DNA from: Octopus vulgaris
Taxonomy: Eukaryota
Direction: 5' to 3'
Length of the DNA: 64,000 nucleotides
Assembly: GCA_951406725.2 (NCBI GenBank)
Contig: OX597824.1
Coordinates: forward strand, 95,356,001 to 95,420,000
In this document: piece after piece, positions 13,218 to 26,316 of the stretch
Layout: the number at the start of each line of letters is the position of its first letter
Numbering within the stretch: the stretch's first letter is position 1
Program-made: the position numbers and the translations under genes
The notes under the pieces: model-generated
Databases searched by the model: none
Told to the model about the DNA's origin: nothing
The model's input: the letters and a program-made list of their open reading frames with translations, nothing else

Positions 13218-14059
13218 TGGAAAACATGTCTGGCTATGGGGAAATATTTCCTTGCTTTGAGACAAATTTGCCTCAATAAATTCTACCTGACCCATAGCAT
13301 CATTGAAAAGCGTATGTTAAACAATGATGATGTCTATCAATATTCTGTTAGATTTGAGGTTTTTTTTCTATTTCCATCCTTTCCATATTCCAAAGTCAAA
13401 AGTTTCCATTCCATTGTCAGTAGTCACAGTAGCTAACTTAAATAGTAGTGTCACTTTTGTTAGAGAAATTTTCCATGAGGCATGCTAGGAAGAACGGTGA
13501 TAATTCCATCTGGCATTGTTACCTCTATACTTTAGACCAAGGCTATTAAATGGATCTCTTTCCTATCTCGTTTCTTTGATTACAATGTCCTTTCTTGCAG
13601 ACTGCAATCAAGCTTTAAAAACATGCAGTTGTAATGAGCTAAGTTCAATTGTTAAATGTTTCCATTTAAAAGTATAAGAGTGGTTGTAAGTAGCTTGCTT
13701 ACCAACCACGTGGTTCTGGGTTCAGTCCCACTGTGTGGCACCTTGGGCAAGTGTCTTCTACTATAGCGTCGGGCCAACCAAAGCCTTGTGAGTGGATTTG
13801 GTAGACGGAAACTGAAAGAAGCCCGTCGTATATATGTATATATATGTATGTATATGTTTGTGTGTCTGTGTTTGTCCCCACCCCAACATCGCTTGACAAC
13901 TGATGCAGGTGTGTTTATGTCCCCGTAACTTAGTGTTTCGGCAAAAGAGACCGATACAATAAGTACTAGGCTTACAAAGAATTAAGTCCAGGGGTCGATT
14001 TGCTTGACCAAAGGTGGTGCTCCAGCATGGCCACAGTCACATGACTGAAACAAGTAAAA

Positions 14060-14105
<46 letters not shown>

Positions 14106-14834
14106 GTCTGTTTCATCAGTTCTGAACATTGATACATTTTTTTGAATGAACAGTTTGCTTTCCAGCCACATGGTTTTGGGTTCAATCCCAGTGCATGACA
14201 CTTTTGTTTAGTGTCTATGCATTAGTCCCAGTCTGATCAAAGCCTTTTGAGTGGGTTTGGTAGGTGGAAACTGAAAGAAGCTTGTTGTATATATCTTTTA
14301 TCTTTTACTTGTTTCAGCTATTGTTTATCCTTTAATTTCCAATAAGTGAGATTCATCACCATTTAACATCCATGTTCCATGCTAGCATGAGGTGAATGGT
14401 GTGACAGCATCATGTTCCAGCATCTGATTTGGCAAGGTTTCCACAGCTGAATGCCCTTCCTGATGTCAACCACTTTACTGCATGTACTGAGTGCATGTTT
14501 TCATTCTACCAGCACTTTTGAGGTTACCATACACTTTGCAAGACTGTGAACCTGAAGGAGTGGGTTTGGCTTTATGCCAGGAGATGAAAGGTTAAAATAT
14601 GAGAGAAGGGTGGGGTCAGAGCAGGTTCTTGCATAAGAGGGACATGACTGCTCACATTTAGAAAAGTGAGAGAGAAAAAAATTATCATTTGGAACTGCAA
14701 AGAGATAAATATTAGAGGTGGGGCATCCAGGTAGCCCCTCAAGACACAAGGTTAGTAGCAGTGAGTAGCTGGGGTTTTGCAAGATTGTATAGGACTGTTA
14801 ATTTTAAATATTACAATCATCACCATTGTTGTCG

Positions 14835-14865
<31 letters not shown>

Positions 14866-16178
14866 TAATGTCTGAGATTAATCAAATTGACAAGAAAATA
14901 TGGAGTGGTGTGGGCTGGTTGCATAGTTTAATTTTCCTGCTCACTTCGTGGCTTGAATAACTAGCTGCTATTCATGTAAAATTTTATTGTTAGCATTATT
15001 TCTCATGAGAATAAAATGCAATATATATATATACATGTGTGTGTGTGTGTGTGTGTGTGTACTAAATTAAGTTAGCTAAAATTTTGTATTCCTTTCATAA
15101 GCTCCCAGTTGCTTTTTATTCAATAACTCTTTCCCTCTGAATTGTTTTGTTCTGTCTGCTGACATGGCTAAGTAAATTCAAAATACCACAGTTGAAATAC
15201 TTGCATAACTTTCATAAATAATTCATTAATGTTTCTTTTCTGTTTTTTCTTTTTTTGCTTTAATTTTATGTTGAAATAATAGTTTTAATATAAATAGTCT
15301 AATTGATAAAGTGGTGTTGTAACACTTTCATTTCTACATTAACAACTGAGATGAGTTTTTATTACATTTGTAAGGATTTATCAAACCATCGACCAATCCA
15401 GGAACCATGGGAGATTTTCCTTTTACTGCTGCCGGGGTTATTGTGAGCGACTGCAGGAATCTGATTTGTGCCTGGTTTTGCACAGTTGAAGTGGGATTAA
15501 AATTTATGGGAGCAGAAGAGAAAAAAACACCCCCAAAAAACCTAAGCTTGTAATGCATATAAAGCAGAAAACCTGTAAGCTCTCTGTCTGTCTCTCTATG
15601 CATACACACACATTCATATACATAGGTGAATCTGTGTGGTTTTGAGTTTAGCTCCACTGCGCACCATCTTGGCCAAGTGTTCAGTTATAGTCTTGGGGCT
15701 TGTGAGTGAATATGGTAGATGGAACCTCGAAGAAGCTCATGTGTGTGTAAGGAATGTCACTCATTTCCAATATTCTGTAAAAACATGTTTGGCAATGGCA
15801 GGAATATTACCTTGCTTGGAAGCAAGTGAAGGTTGACAGGCAGGGTAATCCAGCTGTAGAAAAATCTGCCTCTGTAAACTCTTCCATCTGACCCCCATAC
15901 AAGCATAAAACAGTAGACATTAAAACAATGATGATGATGACGTGGGGCAGACAAAGATATCTTTTATACATGGTCTTTGGTTGCATGGGTTGACAAGGTC
16001 TATACAGTTTGATATTTTGGAAATGTTCTTGGGAAGTTCGAAGCTATATTTTTCAATATCTTTCATAGTGAACTGTATGCAGTAATCCCTCACCATATCG
16101 CGGTTCACTTTTGTATGTATAATGCATTTGGTAATTTACTTTTTTTTTTCTATATGGTGGTTTTATATTGTATTTCAG

Positions 16179-16254
16179 GCTGGCGAATTAGATGTTCTGA
16201 ATGCTGTATTAAAATGGGGGGAACACCAGCTTGTGAAAAGAGTGGAGGAGCGAG
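16179..16254 (+). CDS. BTBD7: BTBD7-like coding exon (76 nt)
   Basis: tttcAG|GCT...CGAG|GTAAGT. Encodes AGELDVLNAVLKWGEHQLVKRVEER. Phase 0 in, phase 1 out, consistent with its neighbours. Confidence 0.92.
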
Positions 16255-17193
16255 GTAAGTGGGTTTCCAATAATAATAATCTTTTACTTTCATCATATTT
16301 AGCATTAAAATTGTGTGTGTGTGTGTGTGTGTGTGTTGTTATAGTGTCAATTGAAAGAACATCTTCAAACAGTTGCAATTAGAATATAATTATTATTATT
16401 ATATAATTCACTGAATTAAGGGTTCAAGGGTCATCATGGGAGTTCTATAATGAAAATGATTTCAGCATTTGCAACACTAACTCCAGGAAACTGGCCAACC
16501 ATCTGATCACCTGCCATTTATGTGACCACACCAGCCAGAGAGACTTCATACTCTCCAAATGTCTTTTTAAATGCTCTCCTAAACGTGAATGTTTTTAATT
16601 AAAAGAAACCAGTAGACGATCAAGGATTAATATAAATAGTAATTAGTAATAAATTAAATAATCGGCATGGCTGTGTGGTTAAGAAGCTCACTTTGCATCT
16701 CTATGGCTTCAGGTTCAGTCTTGTACAGCATCTTGGGCAAGGGTCTTCTGCTATAGCCTCAGGCTGCTCAATTCCTTGTGAGTGAATTTGGTTGGTGGAT
16801 ATTGAGTGGAAGCCCATTTTATATAATGCTAGAACCTTCCCTGACTAATGAAAAATCTTCATGTCAAATTTAGTACAGATTAATCCAGCGGTTTGACCAT
16901 GCATAGAGGAAACGCACACAGTGTATTTTATAGATAAAAGTGAAACAATATTATAGTCTTATTAAAGTGAAAGAATAAAAGAGAAACAATATATCACTGA
17001 AAAAAAAAATCAGAAGTGTCGTATGGTGGGGGACGCAGCCCCCTATATGGGCAAGGAGCAAAATTTGCTTCCTCCCCTACCCACTAGAACCATCCCCGAG
17101 TAATGAAAAACCTTCATGCCAAACTTGATACAGATTGATCCAACAGTTTGACCATACATATAGGAAACACACACACACACACAATGAATTTTA

Positions 17194-17229
<36 letters not shown>

Positions 17230-17259
17230 CATATATACACTCACACATACATACATACA

Positions 17260-17815
17260 CAGTAATGCCTTGATACATGAGTTAATTTGTTCCCAGAGAC
17301 AACTCGTAAAGCAAAAACTCATTAAGCAGGGCAATAATTTCCCATAGTATCAATGTTATAAATCATAATTTGTTCCCAGAAAACTATTCTACCCTGTAAA
17401 ATTTTATAACACTCATAAATAAATGGCAATAAAACAACAGCAGGATGTAAAGAATACTTTATGTCAAGATCATTTATAATAAAAAATATTATCATTATTA
17501 TTATAATCATTTTCTGAGTCACTTTCACTCACACTAGACTTGTGCACACCATCGCTTGTAGATGTGATTGCCAATTCACAAGAACTTGTAGGATGGACTT
17601 GCAGATTTCTTTTTTAAAAACAAGTCTGAAGTTGTTTGCTTAGAATAAAGCCTTTTTTTCACTCTCTGTAAATTTCTTGGTAACACACCGAGGCACTTGT
17701 GGTTGTAGAAACTTTTGCACTTCTTTCAAAATTTGGATCTTTATATTTATTTTAAAATAAAACTCGTAAACCTGGGATCTCGCAAAGGGGGTCCTTACAA
17801 AATGAGGTATTACTG
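17260..17815. mobile_element. Tigger/pogo-like MITE
   Basis: TIRs CAGTAATGCCT and AGGTATTACTG, the latter followed by TA. Confidence 0.6.
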
Positions 17816-19499
17816 TATGAGTATGTGCTATTGTTTGTTCCACCTCTGCTTGACAACTGGTGTTGGTTTGTTTATGACCCCTGTAACTTAGCAGTTTGGC
17901 AAAAGAGACCAATAGAATACGTACTGGAGTTGATCTGTTTAACCAAGTGCTTCATTGTGGTGCTCCAGTATGGCTGCAGTCGAATGACAGAAACAAGAGA
18001 AAGATAAGGTACTTTCCCAAACAAACTTGGGATACATCTGTCTGATGATCCAAGCTCACATCACAAATATATTTATAACTAATATAGTTGTGCTGGTGCT
18101 AGCTTAATTTTGTAGTCTTTCAGCTATACAGGTGTTGTTTTAGTATACTAAAATGCAGTTAGTTGAAGTAAACCCTTTTATGATAAAGTAAATCAAAAGA
18201 GAGCGGAACCAGGTGTCTTTATTTCAAACAGTCTGTTTAATTAGATATCTTTGACATTGTCACAATTTTGTATAATCAATCACTCATAAATTGTGGATCA
18301 TTTATTATTGTAGCTGTGTCTTATTCAGTATTTTTCAGTATTGAATTAATTTGCAGCTTGGTCACACTTCATTACAATCAAGTGTTGCTGACTCAGGAAT
18401 TATACTAACTGTACTTAATGCTCTGAAAGAAATCTTCCAAGTTTAAGGAAACCAAAAAACTGATTTAATATCTTGCTAAACTTTTCCTCAGCCTTGTTTT
18501 TGATTCAGTGGCTTGAACCCAGTTATTTTGGAATCATATCTAAATTAATAACAGACTGTTCAGCCTTTTTGCATGACAGCATTTCTTCACAACATATTTT
18601 ATATTTATCCATTTTTTTTTCGTTGTTGTTTCGGCTTTTTAATCATACCTGTGCACTGTATTTATTTGGCAACCACCCACGTATCTTCAGGGACATCTCT
18701 CTCTCTCTGCAACCAATTTATTTGCTTTAGTAGTATTTTCTTTGAACAGATGGTCTGTTCAGTTAAGATATCAACAAGAACACTCTCTGCTGTAATGTCA
18801 TTCCACTGCAACATGGAGCTTATGATCTTGTGTGTTCGTTATTTTTATCATCAATTTTGTTACTTTGATTAGTGCCAGAACACTTTCAACATTATACACC
18901 CATCTTGTAGCCAGATACGCCAGACTATTTAGACACTCTACTGCTTACTACTAATTCTAATTTTTAGTAATTATTATTCTCCTTTCTATTAATAGTAGCC
19001 TACTTTCCAGCCAAGTCGAAGTAAATTTAATAGATGCATTTATTAGTTTTGTCCATTAACAGCTCAGACCTTTTTTTTCTTTTCGACATTGAGAATGTAG
19101 TCTTTGTATGAAATTAAGATTACTTCTTTTATATCTCTTGCTGATCAAAGAATGCCTTTGTGCATTTCATGGCCTGCAAGCTCTCTCTTGTTCCCAAAGT
19201 CATAACCAGTCCTCCTTGTCTCTTACCAAGAGAATTTTCTACTAGATTTTCAAATTCATCCCATTCACCACACCTTAATGTGTTCTGTAAGTAGTATTCC
19301 TGCAGACAGAACAATGACATTTGCTGTCAGTTTACCTTCCAGTTCCACACGGCAGTGCATGCACATAAAAGCCACTCCCAAGTGCACCCTGTTGACTCCA
19401 CCTGTCTCACCATTACATGGCTCACAATTGCCCAGTGTGAAAACATACACAATTACTACGACCGAACATGGTGACTAACCCTGACACGGTCCCTTCCTT

Positions 19500-20000
19500 G
19501 TTTACCCTCAAACAGTACATTCCGTAGCTAGCTTTTTTCTTCAATCTCTCTCTGTGGGGATCTATGCTAATTTATAGCAACATATGATACTGTGTCACTC
19601 CCAAAAAGGTTAAATTCTAATCTCATCAGCTGCTAACAAATCACTCTTTTTCAACAACTTAAAGATTCTGGAAACAATCATTAAAAAAAAAATCCCTTTT
19701 TTTGTCTCTTACATACTCACTGACCATCAATCTGGTTCCCATAGAACCAATTCTATCAGAGATCTGCTTTCCTGTATCATCAACCAGTGGCCGTGTGTCC
19801 TTGAAAGCTTCCACAAATGCAAGGTGGTGGTGGTTCTTGATATCTGACAAAAATACCTCCTCACCCACTTATATGGTCCATTGCAATGTTTCCTAATGAG
19901 ACACTCTCTGATTTGTGTATTTGTGCCAGTGTTAGTGTACCTCATAGTTTGGTTCTACCCCATGCTTCTCCTTCTGTATATAAATGACCATCTCACTGTT
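19500..20000 (+). mobile_element. Heavily decayed CR1/L2-type reverse transcriptase fragment
   Basis: Fragmentary motifs ILTDHQSG, VVLDI and VSVPHSLVL...LLLYINDH. Boundaries approximate. Confidence 0.45.
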
Positions 20001-20919
20001 ACAACTTTAACTTCCTATTCTTCATAATTCCAAACTAGTCAACATTCCACTCCCTTATCCTCGGGTATCTTTAGCAGTGTTTCAACCAAATCTCTTCTAA
20101 CTTGTTAAAAAAGAAATACCATTTTTAAGGGGTATTCAAGTGTACATTATCTAATGCATCTTTACTTTTTCAAGACTGTAGGAAGACTTGGCTGTTATCT
20201 CTAATTCTTTCAACTTGTTCTTTAAGGTACCAAACAATCATACCATGGTTAATAAATGCTGTAGTACTATTAGAATAAAAAATTGAAGTGAGTACTCTAC
20301 CTAGTACCAACTAAATGAACGGGAAACATAAACGATACTTATTTTCAACTAATGTGAATGAAAGAAAGAATAAATCTAATACGTTTGGAAAGAGATTACT
20401 ATGCAATGACTTCATGGACAGTTTCTTTCATTTTAATTACTTGGCTTCTAGGAGGGAGCCTCTATGTGGTTGCTCAAACAGCTAGAAATAACAGCCAGTT
20501 TTTTTTTTTTGTTGCTGTATTTTTGCATTGCAAGAGTTCCATAAGATATGCCAGTTGTTAAATGGCAACTATAGTGTATGAAACTTTATAGTTCTCTTCC
20601 AGTCTTACAAACAAGGAAGATTGTTGAAGCGCATTCCCTGTCATACAGCCTACCATTAGCATCAGAGATGGCTGCTATAATCACTAAATCCCCCGTGAAA
20701 AATTTATATTGAGCAGAATTTATGAGAATGTACCAACTAACGAATACCCTATTAGAAAGAAATGAGGATTAGATCTTTAGGGGGGGTCAAAGCAACTCAA
20801 TACTAATCCTCCTCAGTGCAGACATGTTCTCTCCTCTCTCCATGGCATTGGTAAAAGTACAGAACTGACTCATTAATCTACCTCAATCCTGCCACGTTCC
20901 TCTACCTTTTATAGAAAGA

Positions 20920-21333
20920 CTAGCAGCTAAGCCCGGTTTCACCCGGTCTGTTTGGATAATGTGGCTGTGTTCATTTTCGGTTAGGCATAATCTATAAGAA
21001 CGTTCTCTCAACCTTATCATTTCGGGTCCCCTGTTTCGATTGGAGCCTCCAGCTGTATGAAAATTTCCTGACCCCAACTCCGTCAGAAAACAGCTTCTAA
21101 GCAACTGGTTGTTTTAATGGCGGAAGAAAGAGGGGAATTCCATTGGAAAAAGATTTCATCGATTTTCTCGGTAAGTATGGGGGCTATGAAAAAAATACAA
21201 ACTGCATTCCATTCTATGCACCTGTCTCCACATGTGTGCCATTTTTCACGTGAATCCACCCAGGTGTTTGGCTGTGAACCTCAAGACAAGAAAGAATACA
21301 ACGATCGCCCCCTTGTCCAATTTATATGATAGG
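20920..21333 (-). mobile_element. Non-autonomous Helitron (different family)
   Basis: aCTAGcagctaagCCCGGtttcaCCCGG terminus resembling the other Helitrons; CpG-rich body. Far end approximate. Confidence 0.6.
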
Positions 21334-22049
21334 TTATGCTTCTTGCCACTCTCACCTTTCAGTTCATGTGATACATGGTTTCTTTCCAGTAAACATTTGT
21401 TTCTAATACGTTTAATCTTTTCTGCCATACCATCTAGTTTGTTATCGGCACCGAGCAGAGAGACAGTTCTTCACCATCCTTCTGAATGTCTCCTATTGTA
21501 TGTTCTGTATTAAGTCGTAAACAATATTCAGTACTTTTTGTATTTCTCTGCACTATTGACCTATTTTGCCAAAAAGTATGAAAAGCAAAAATAATATTCC
21601 ACAGCAAGTTGGAACTGAACTTCATTGGATCTAATATTATCGCCTGAAGGTGGCAGAACCATTAGCACACTGGGCAAAACGCTTAGCATTTTGTCCGTCT
21701 TCATGTTCTCAGTTCAAATTCTGCCGAGGTTGACTTTGCTTTTTATCCTTTTGGGGGGACAAAATAAGTACCAGTTGAACACTGGGGTTGATGTAATCGA
21801 CTTACTCCCTCCCCTAAAATTGCCGGCCTTGTGCCAAAATTTGAAATTGGTATTAATGGGATTAACTCTTTATATCTTTGGACATTAAATAAATGATGGT
21901 CGCTTTAAATGCAGGGTCCTACTTTACCAGAAAGTACTAGCTTGATACAATTTCACAAGGAATAATGTTAAAAATAGCTAAAGAGTAAATCAAATTTTTT
22001 GTGCTAAATTACCATTTCCTCTCTACTGAAGTAGAACTTCTTGTTTCAG

Positions 22050-22357
22050 AACCTAACCTGCTCAATCATACGGCTCACAGTGTGAGCAAAAAAGGTATTC
22101 GGAAGCGAGATTTGAATGATGTTGAACTCCGTGAGATATTGGCCGAACTTCTTCCGCATATACGAATGGATCATGTGATACCTTACAACAGTGAAATCCT
22201 AAATAGTGCAATAAAACGAGGACTTGTGAGTACCCCTCCATCACACATGATTGCAGACGAAGGCGGTAACCACCGTGTTGGAGCCTGGATCAGAGCCAAG
22301 AACAGTGGAATGTATGTCAAGCCTCGACTCTTTACTCCATATTACGAAGAAACAAAG
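22050..22357 (+). CDS. BTBD7: BTBD7-like coding exon (308 nt)
   Basis: tttcAG|AACCT...AAG|GTAATA. Encodes (E)PNLLNHTAHSVSKKGIRKRDL...KRGLVSTPPS...YVKPRLFTPYYEETK. Confidence 0.93.
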
Positions 22358-22401
22358 GTAATATTCTCTTTCAATAATTTCACCTGGTTAGTCTTTAGTC
22401 A

Positions 22402-22677
22402 CAAAAACCATTAGATTCACTTCAACATTTAAATTTAATTTGTCAAAATATTTTAGACGCGGCGCCTGTTCACTGAGAAAACTTCATGCATCACAAAGTT
22501 TTCTCAGTGAACAGGTCGTGGTCTGAAAATATTTTGACAAATTAAATTTAAATGTTGAAGTGAATCTAACAGTTTTTGCGTGTTTCTTAAATGGCTTATA
22601 AACACCTTCCATGCTGCAATTGTTTTCGTTCCAGCACACGATCTCAGGTCAGGTCACTTGCTATGCAAGTACATCTC
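22402..22677. mobile_element. Penelope-like fold-back remnant, family B (G3C8 hammerhead variant, stem II partly deleted)
   Basis: Inverted repeat 22402-22578 plus a unique tail shared in reverse orientation with 38789-38890. Confidence 0.68.
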
Positions 22678-22863
22678 CGTAAAGCTTTAGTCATTTGTAT
22701 TATTAATGATGTTAAGTCACAACTAAAGAATTTACTTTGTTTTTTTGTACTTAAATATTTGCAGTTGTTTTATGCTTAATTTTGTAGGGTGAAGAAAGAG
22801 AAACGTCAATCTTTTTTTAATTGCTTTTCTGTAGAAAAATATATTTTAAATAGTTTAGTAATG

Positions 22864-23190
22864 ACACATGGCTCAGTAGTTAGAGCATTGGGCTCCCAAT
22901 CATGAGGTAATGAGTTTGATTCCCAGGCTAGGCTACGTGTTGTGATCTTGAGTAAGACACATTGCTCCAGTTCACTCAGCTGTAGAAATGAGTTGCAATG
23001 TCACTGGTGCCAAGCTGTATCGGCCCCTTTGCCTTTCCCTTGGACAATATCAGTGGCATGAAGAGGGGGAGCTAGTATGCATGAGCGACTGTTGGTCTTT
23101 CATGAACAACCTCACCTGGGCTTGTGTCTTGGAGGGGAAATTTCTCTGTGCAATTCCATGGTCATTCATGACCAGAGAGGATCTTTACCC
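22864..23190 (+). mobile_element. tRNA-derived SINE of another family (related heads at about 44235 and 60715)
   Basis: TGGCTCAGTAG A-box, GAGTTTGATTCC B-box, then CTTGAGTAAGACAC...CAGCTGTA. Confidence 0.6.
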
Positions 23191-24515
23191 TATATTATAT
23201 AATTCATTATTGAATAAGGATATCCAATTGAAATTGAATTCACAAACCCTCATCACGTGCAAGGATTCAACACCCTTTTCTGTTACAATCCACTCAAGTA
23301 CAATTTCAGTGTATAGATTATTTGAATTCAGTTTTTATTAATTGCAACCATATCAGCCTTACTGACAAAGTTTACAGCTGATGTTACATGCATGGAAGCT
23401 GGACGTTAAACAATGATGGTGACGAACCTGCCTGTATATCTTTTATGACATGAAATACGGTACTCCATGTTTTGACTATAACTGCATTTATATTGTTATA
23501 TTGTTTGCTTTAATGCATGTAAGAATTCTGATTATTTCACATTTTTTACTGCACTTCTATAAGAGATATTCAACCAGATCTTGTAATAATGATAATAATA
23601 ATGATGTAATAGTATTGTTGAAACATAAAATGCATTTTGCACAGGCCATTAATCCAACCTTCATCTATTAATACTCTTCTATTCCCCCATACTTCCACCG
23701 AATTATCTCTTCCCCCCACACCATAGACCTTACCTTCTTCATACATTATATCTGCGTCTCTCTCTTTCCCATCTACCCCTGCCAGCAACCCAATGTCATC
23801 TCTCCCTCTCTCTCTCTCTCTCAGACCCCCCGCCCCTATCCCCTCCCTCACTGGCACCCTCTCTTCCCCTACCCCCCTCTCATCTCCCTGTTTACTATAT
23901 CACCATTATTATTCTGCTGCTCGGCACCATCAGGCATCCCCTACTCTCCTACTCACTCCTGGCTCCACTGCCTCACCCATTCCTACACACCTCTTACGCA
24001 AGATGTCCCCCCTGATACCTTATCACCACTATTTTTATCACTTCCCATCTTCACCTAATCACTCCCACTCTCTCCCTTCTCAACTCTGAGTTGTCATTTA
24101 ATTCCTCTACAGCAAGAAACCTGTTCTGTTCTGGCCCTTTCCTCTCATACTTTACCCCTCTCTACTTCTCATTTCCTAACATAAAGTTACTCCCTTGGGG
24201 TTCACAGTTATGGTGACCCCACTACTGCTGGTTGCATAAATGAAACACCCAATACACACCCTAAAGTGGTTGGTTTTAGGAAGGGCATCCAGCCTTAGAA
24301 ACAATATCAAAGCAGACACTGGAACATGATGCATTCCTCGGGCCCATCGGATCCTGTCAAACTGCCCAACCCATTCCACTGAAGAATATCTTTTTATTGG
24401 AAAGGAAAAAAAAAACCCAAAACACCAATTAAAATATGTCTGAATTTTTCTGTTTGTTTCTAGAATGTTAATTTTTAGACAATCTTTTGAATTAAAATTC
24501 TGTTGGTATTTTCAG

Positions 24516-24696
24516 AGTATGCTTGAAGAGCTGCTCGGACAAGTACAAGAAAATGACTTGGTCAATGTGCGTATGATACACATGTCGTCCATTCCCGATA
24601 CTCTTTACATGGTTGAAGACCGTCAGTATGCTGTACCTTCAGTGGCCTATTTGGCACCAACCTCCACCGTAGATGTCATAGCTGGTACTATACCTG
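24516..24696 (+). CDS. BTBD7: BTBD7-like coding exon (181 nt)
   Basis: tttcAG|AGT...CCTG|GTAAGT. Encodes SMLEELLGQVQENDLVNVRMIHMSSIPDTLYMV...GTIP. Confidence 0.92.
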
Positions 24697-25116
24697 GTAA
24701 GTGAATTAGTGATTAAAATCTCTGCAAATTTATATGATTATTATGTTTTCTAAGTTAAGGCAGAATTGTTAGTGTGTCAAACAAAATGCTTACAAACATT
24801 TCTTCTGGCTCTTTGCATTCCATTCTGAGTTCAAATTCTGCTAAAGTTAGCTTGGAACTTTCATCCTTTTGGGATCGTTAAAATAAGTTGAGTGCAAGGG
24901 TCAATGTTATTGGCTTACCCCTTGCCCCTAAAAGAAATTGCTGGCCTTATGCCAAATTTTGAAGCCATTATGTTTCAAAGTTAATATGTATCACATTTTT
25001 ACATTTTATAATGCAATTATTAAATTTCCCATTAAAATCAACAAAGATCCTTTTAGAAAATCCAAATTTGGTTTGATTCCAGTATTTTCATTATAATTAT
25101 TCTCCTGTAATTATTT

Positions 25117-25437
25117 CATATTCTGTTGTGTCTGGGGAGAGTCATTTTCTTTTTGTGCCTTATAATCTAACACACTCACCAGTAAAATTTCCACTTATTT
25201 CTTATTTTTATTTTCCTAAAATTTTCATTGCATCTTGCAACCTTTTCAATAGTCTTGAAAAGGTTGCAAGATGCAACGAAAATTTTAGGAAAATAAGAAA
25301 TAAGTGGAAATTTTACCGGTGAGTGTGTTACATTACAAGGCACAAAAAGAAAATTACTTTCCCCAGACACAACAGAATATGCTTCAACACACAAACTCAC
25401 ATAAAGAATCTTGCAAACCAAATCCAAAAACGAAATT
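25117..25437. mobile_element. Penelope-like fold-back remnant, family A, with two opposed hammerhead motifs
   Basis: Near-perfect ~130-bp arms (25117-25249 and 25255-25381), each containing TTGAAAAGGTTGCAAGATGCAA(C/T)GAAAATTTTAGG. Confidence 0.72.
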
Positions 25438-25475
25438 ATTCCATATATGTATATCTAATTGAATTTCTTTTGCAG

Positions 25476-25924
25476 TTCCTGATAGGAATACGTTAATCAT
25501 GATGCTTCACCGTGAGCAAGAATTACAAAGAACCAAGCTGATTCAAAAAGCTTATTCCCTCCCATACACAGACAAACGTGCAGTGACATATCAAATAAAA
25601 TTGCGGGTTGTGAGAGAATTTGGGTTGCCTGACTCAGCTGTTGAAATCTTGCAGAACAGCCAGTATTACTACCCTGAAGAATCCCTTTATGTTGAACGGC
25701 AATATCAAGTCAATACTTCCTCCTCCTCTTCTTCACCAAGCCGGCACAAGCATAGTCCAGGTACATCCGTACCACCACCAGCTCGAACTTATAGCCCCGT
25801 AGAAGTGAACTCTCCACCAGTGACAAAACTAGATTGCGTTGCTCATTGTACAACTCAGTCTGATATCCGACACAATCCTTCCACCCCGCTGCCATCTCCC
25901 ACCAGGTGCTACAGTCCTGTGCAG
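25476..25924 (+). CDS. BTBD7: BTBD7-like coding exon (449 nt), ending in an S/P-rich low-complexity region
   Basis: tttgcAG|TTCCT...CAG|GTAAAT. Encodes (V)PDRNTLIMMLHREQEL...IKLRVVREFGLPDSAVEILQN...YSPVQ. Phase matches both neighbours. Confidence 0.9.
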
Positions 25925-26316
25925 GTAAATGCTATGAAACTCAAATTGTTTTTCGGTTAATGTTCTCTGTAGCCATTTTGAGGTGCAACCACTCAAAAAT
26001 TTCATTCTGACTGCTTTTGTATACCAATCTATGTTTTGTTGAGGAATGCCATGTTTGGAACTACTTTTTGTTGAGATGTCAAAGTGAAAAATTGTCTTTG
26101 TGTGTGTGTGTTTTATGAATAGACAGTATTGAAATCTTGCATAAGGTCCTTTGTATAGGTGGTTGAAAATAGGGTTAGGAGTGATCAGTAAAATGATCGA
26201 GATTTATGTGACAATGTAAAATGCTTAATGAATCCAAGAAAAACCTGAAAGCTTGTGAGTTTGACAAGAGAAGCTTGGGTTGGTGAGGCTTAGAAATACC
26301 TGTAAAAGGTTTAGAT

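Noticed and set aside
18042-18060. Other isolated CTGATGA/CTGAAGA words (e.g. 13019, 18043, 35338, 36343, 37938, 39285)
   Set aside because: None has a following stem II plus GAAA or a closing stem I, so they are chance matches.
18200-18870. Possible pogo/Tigger transposase relic (RGWL-like word on the minus strand)
   Set aside because: Only one short motif was recognisable, which is insufficient without a search.
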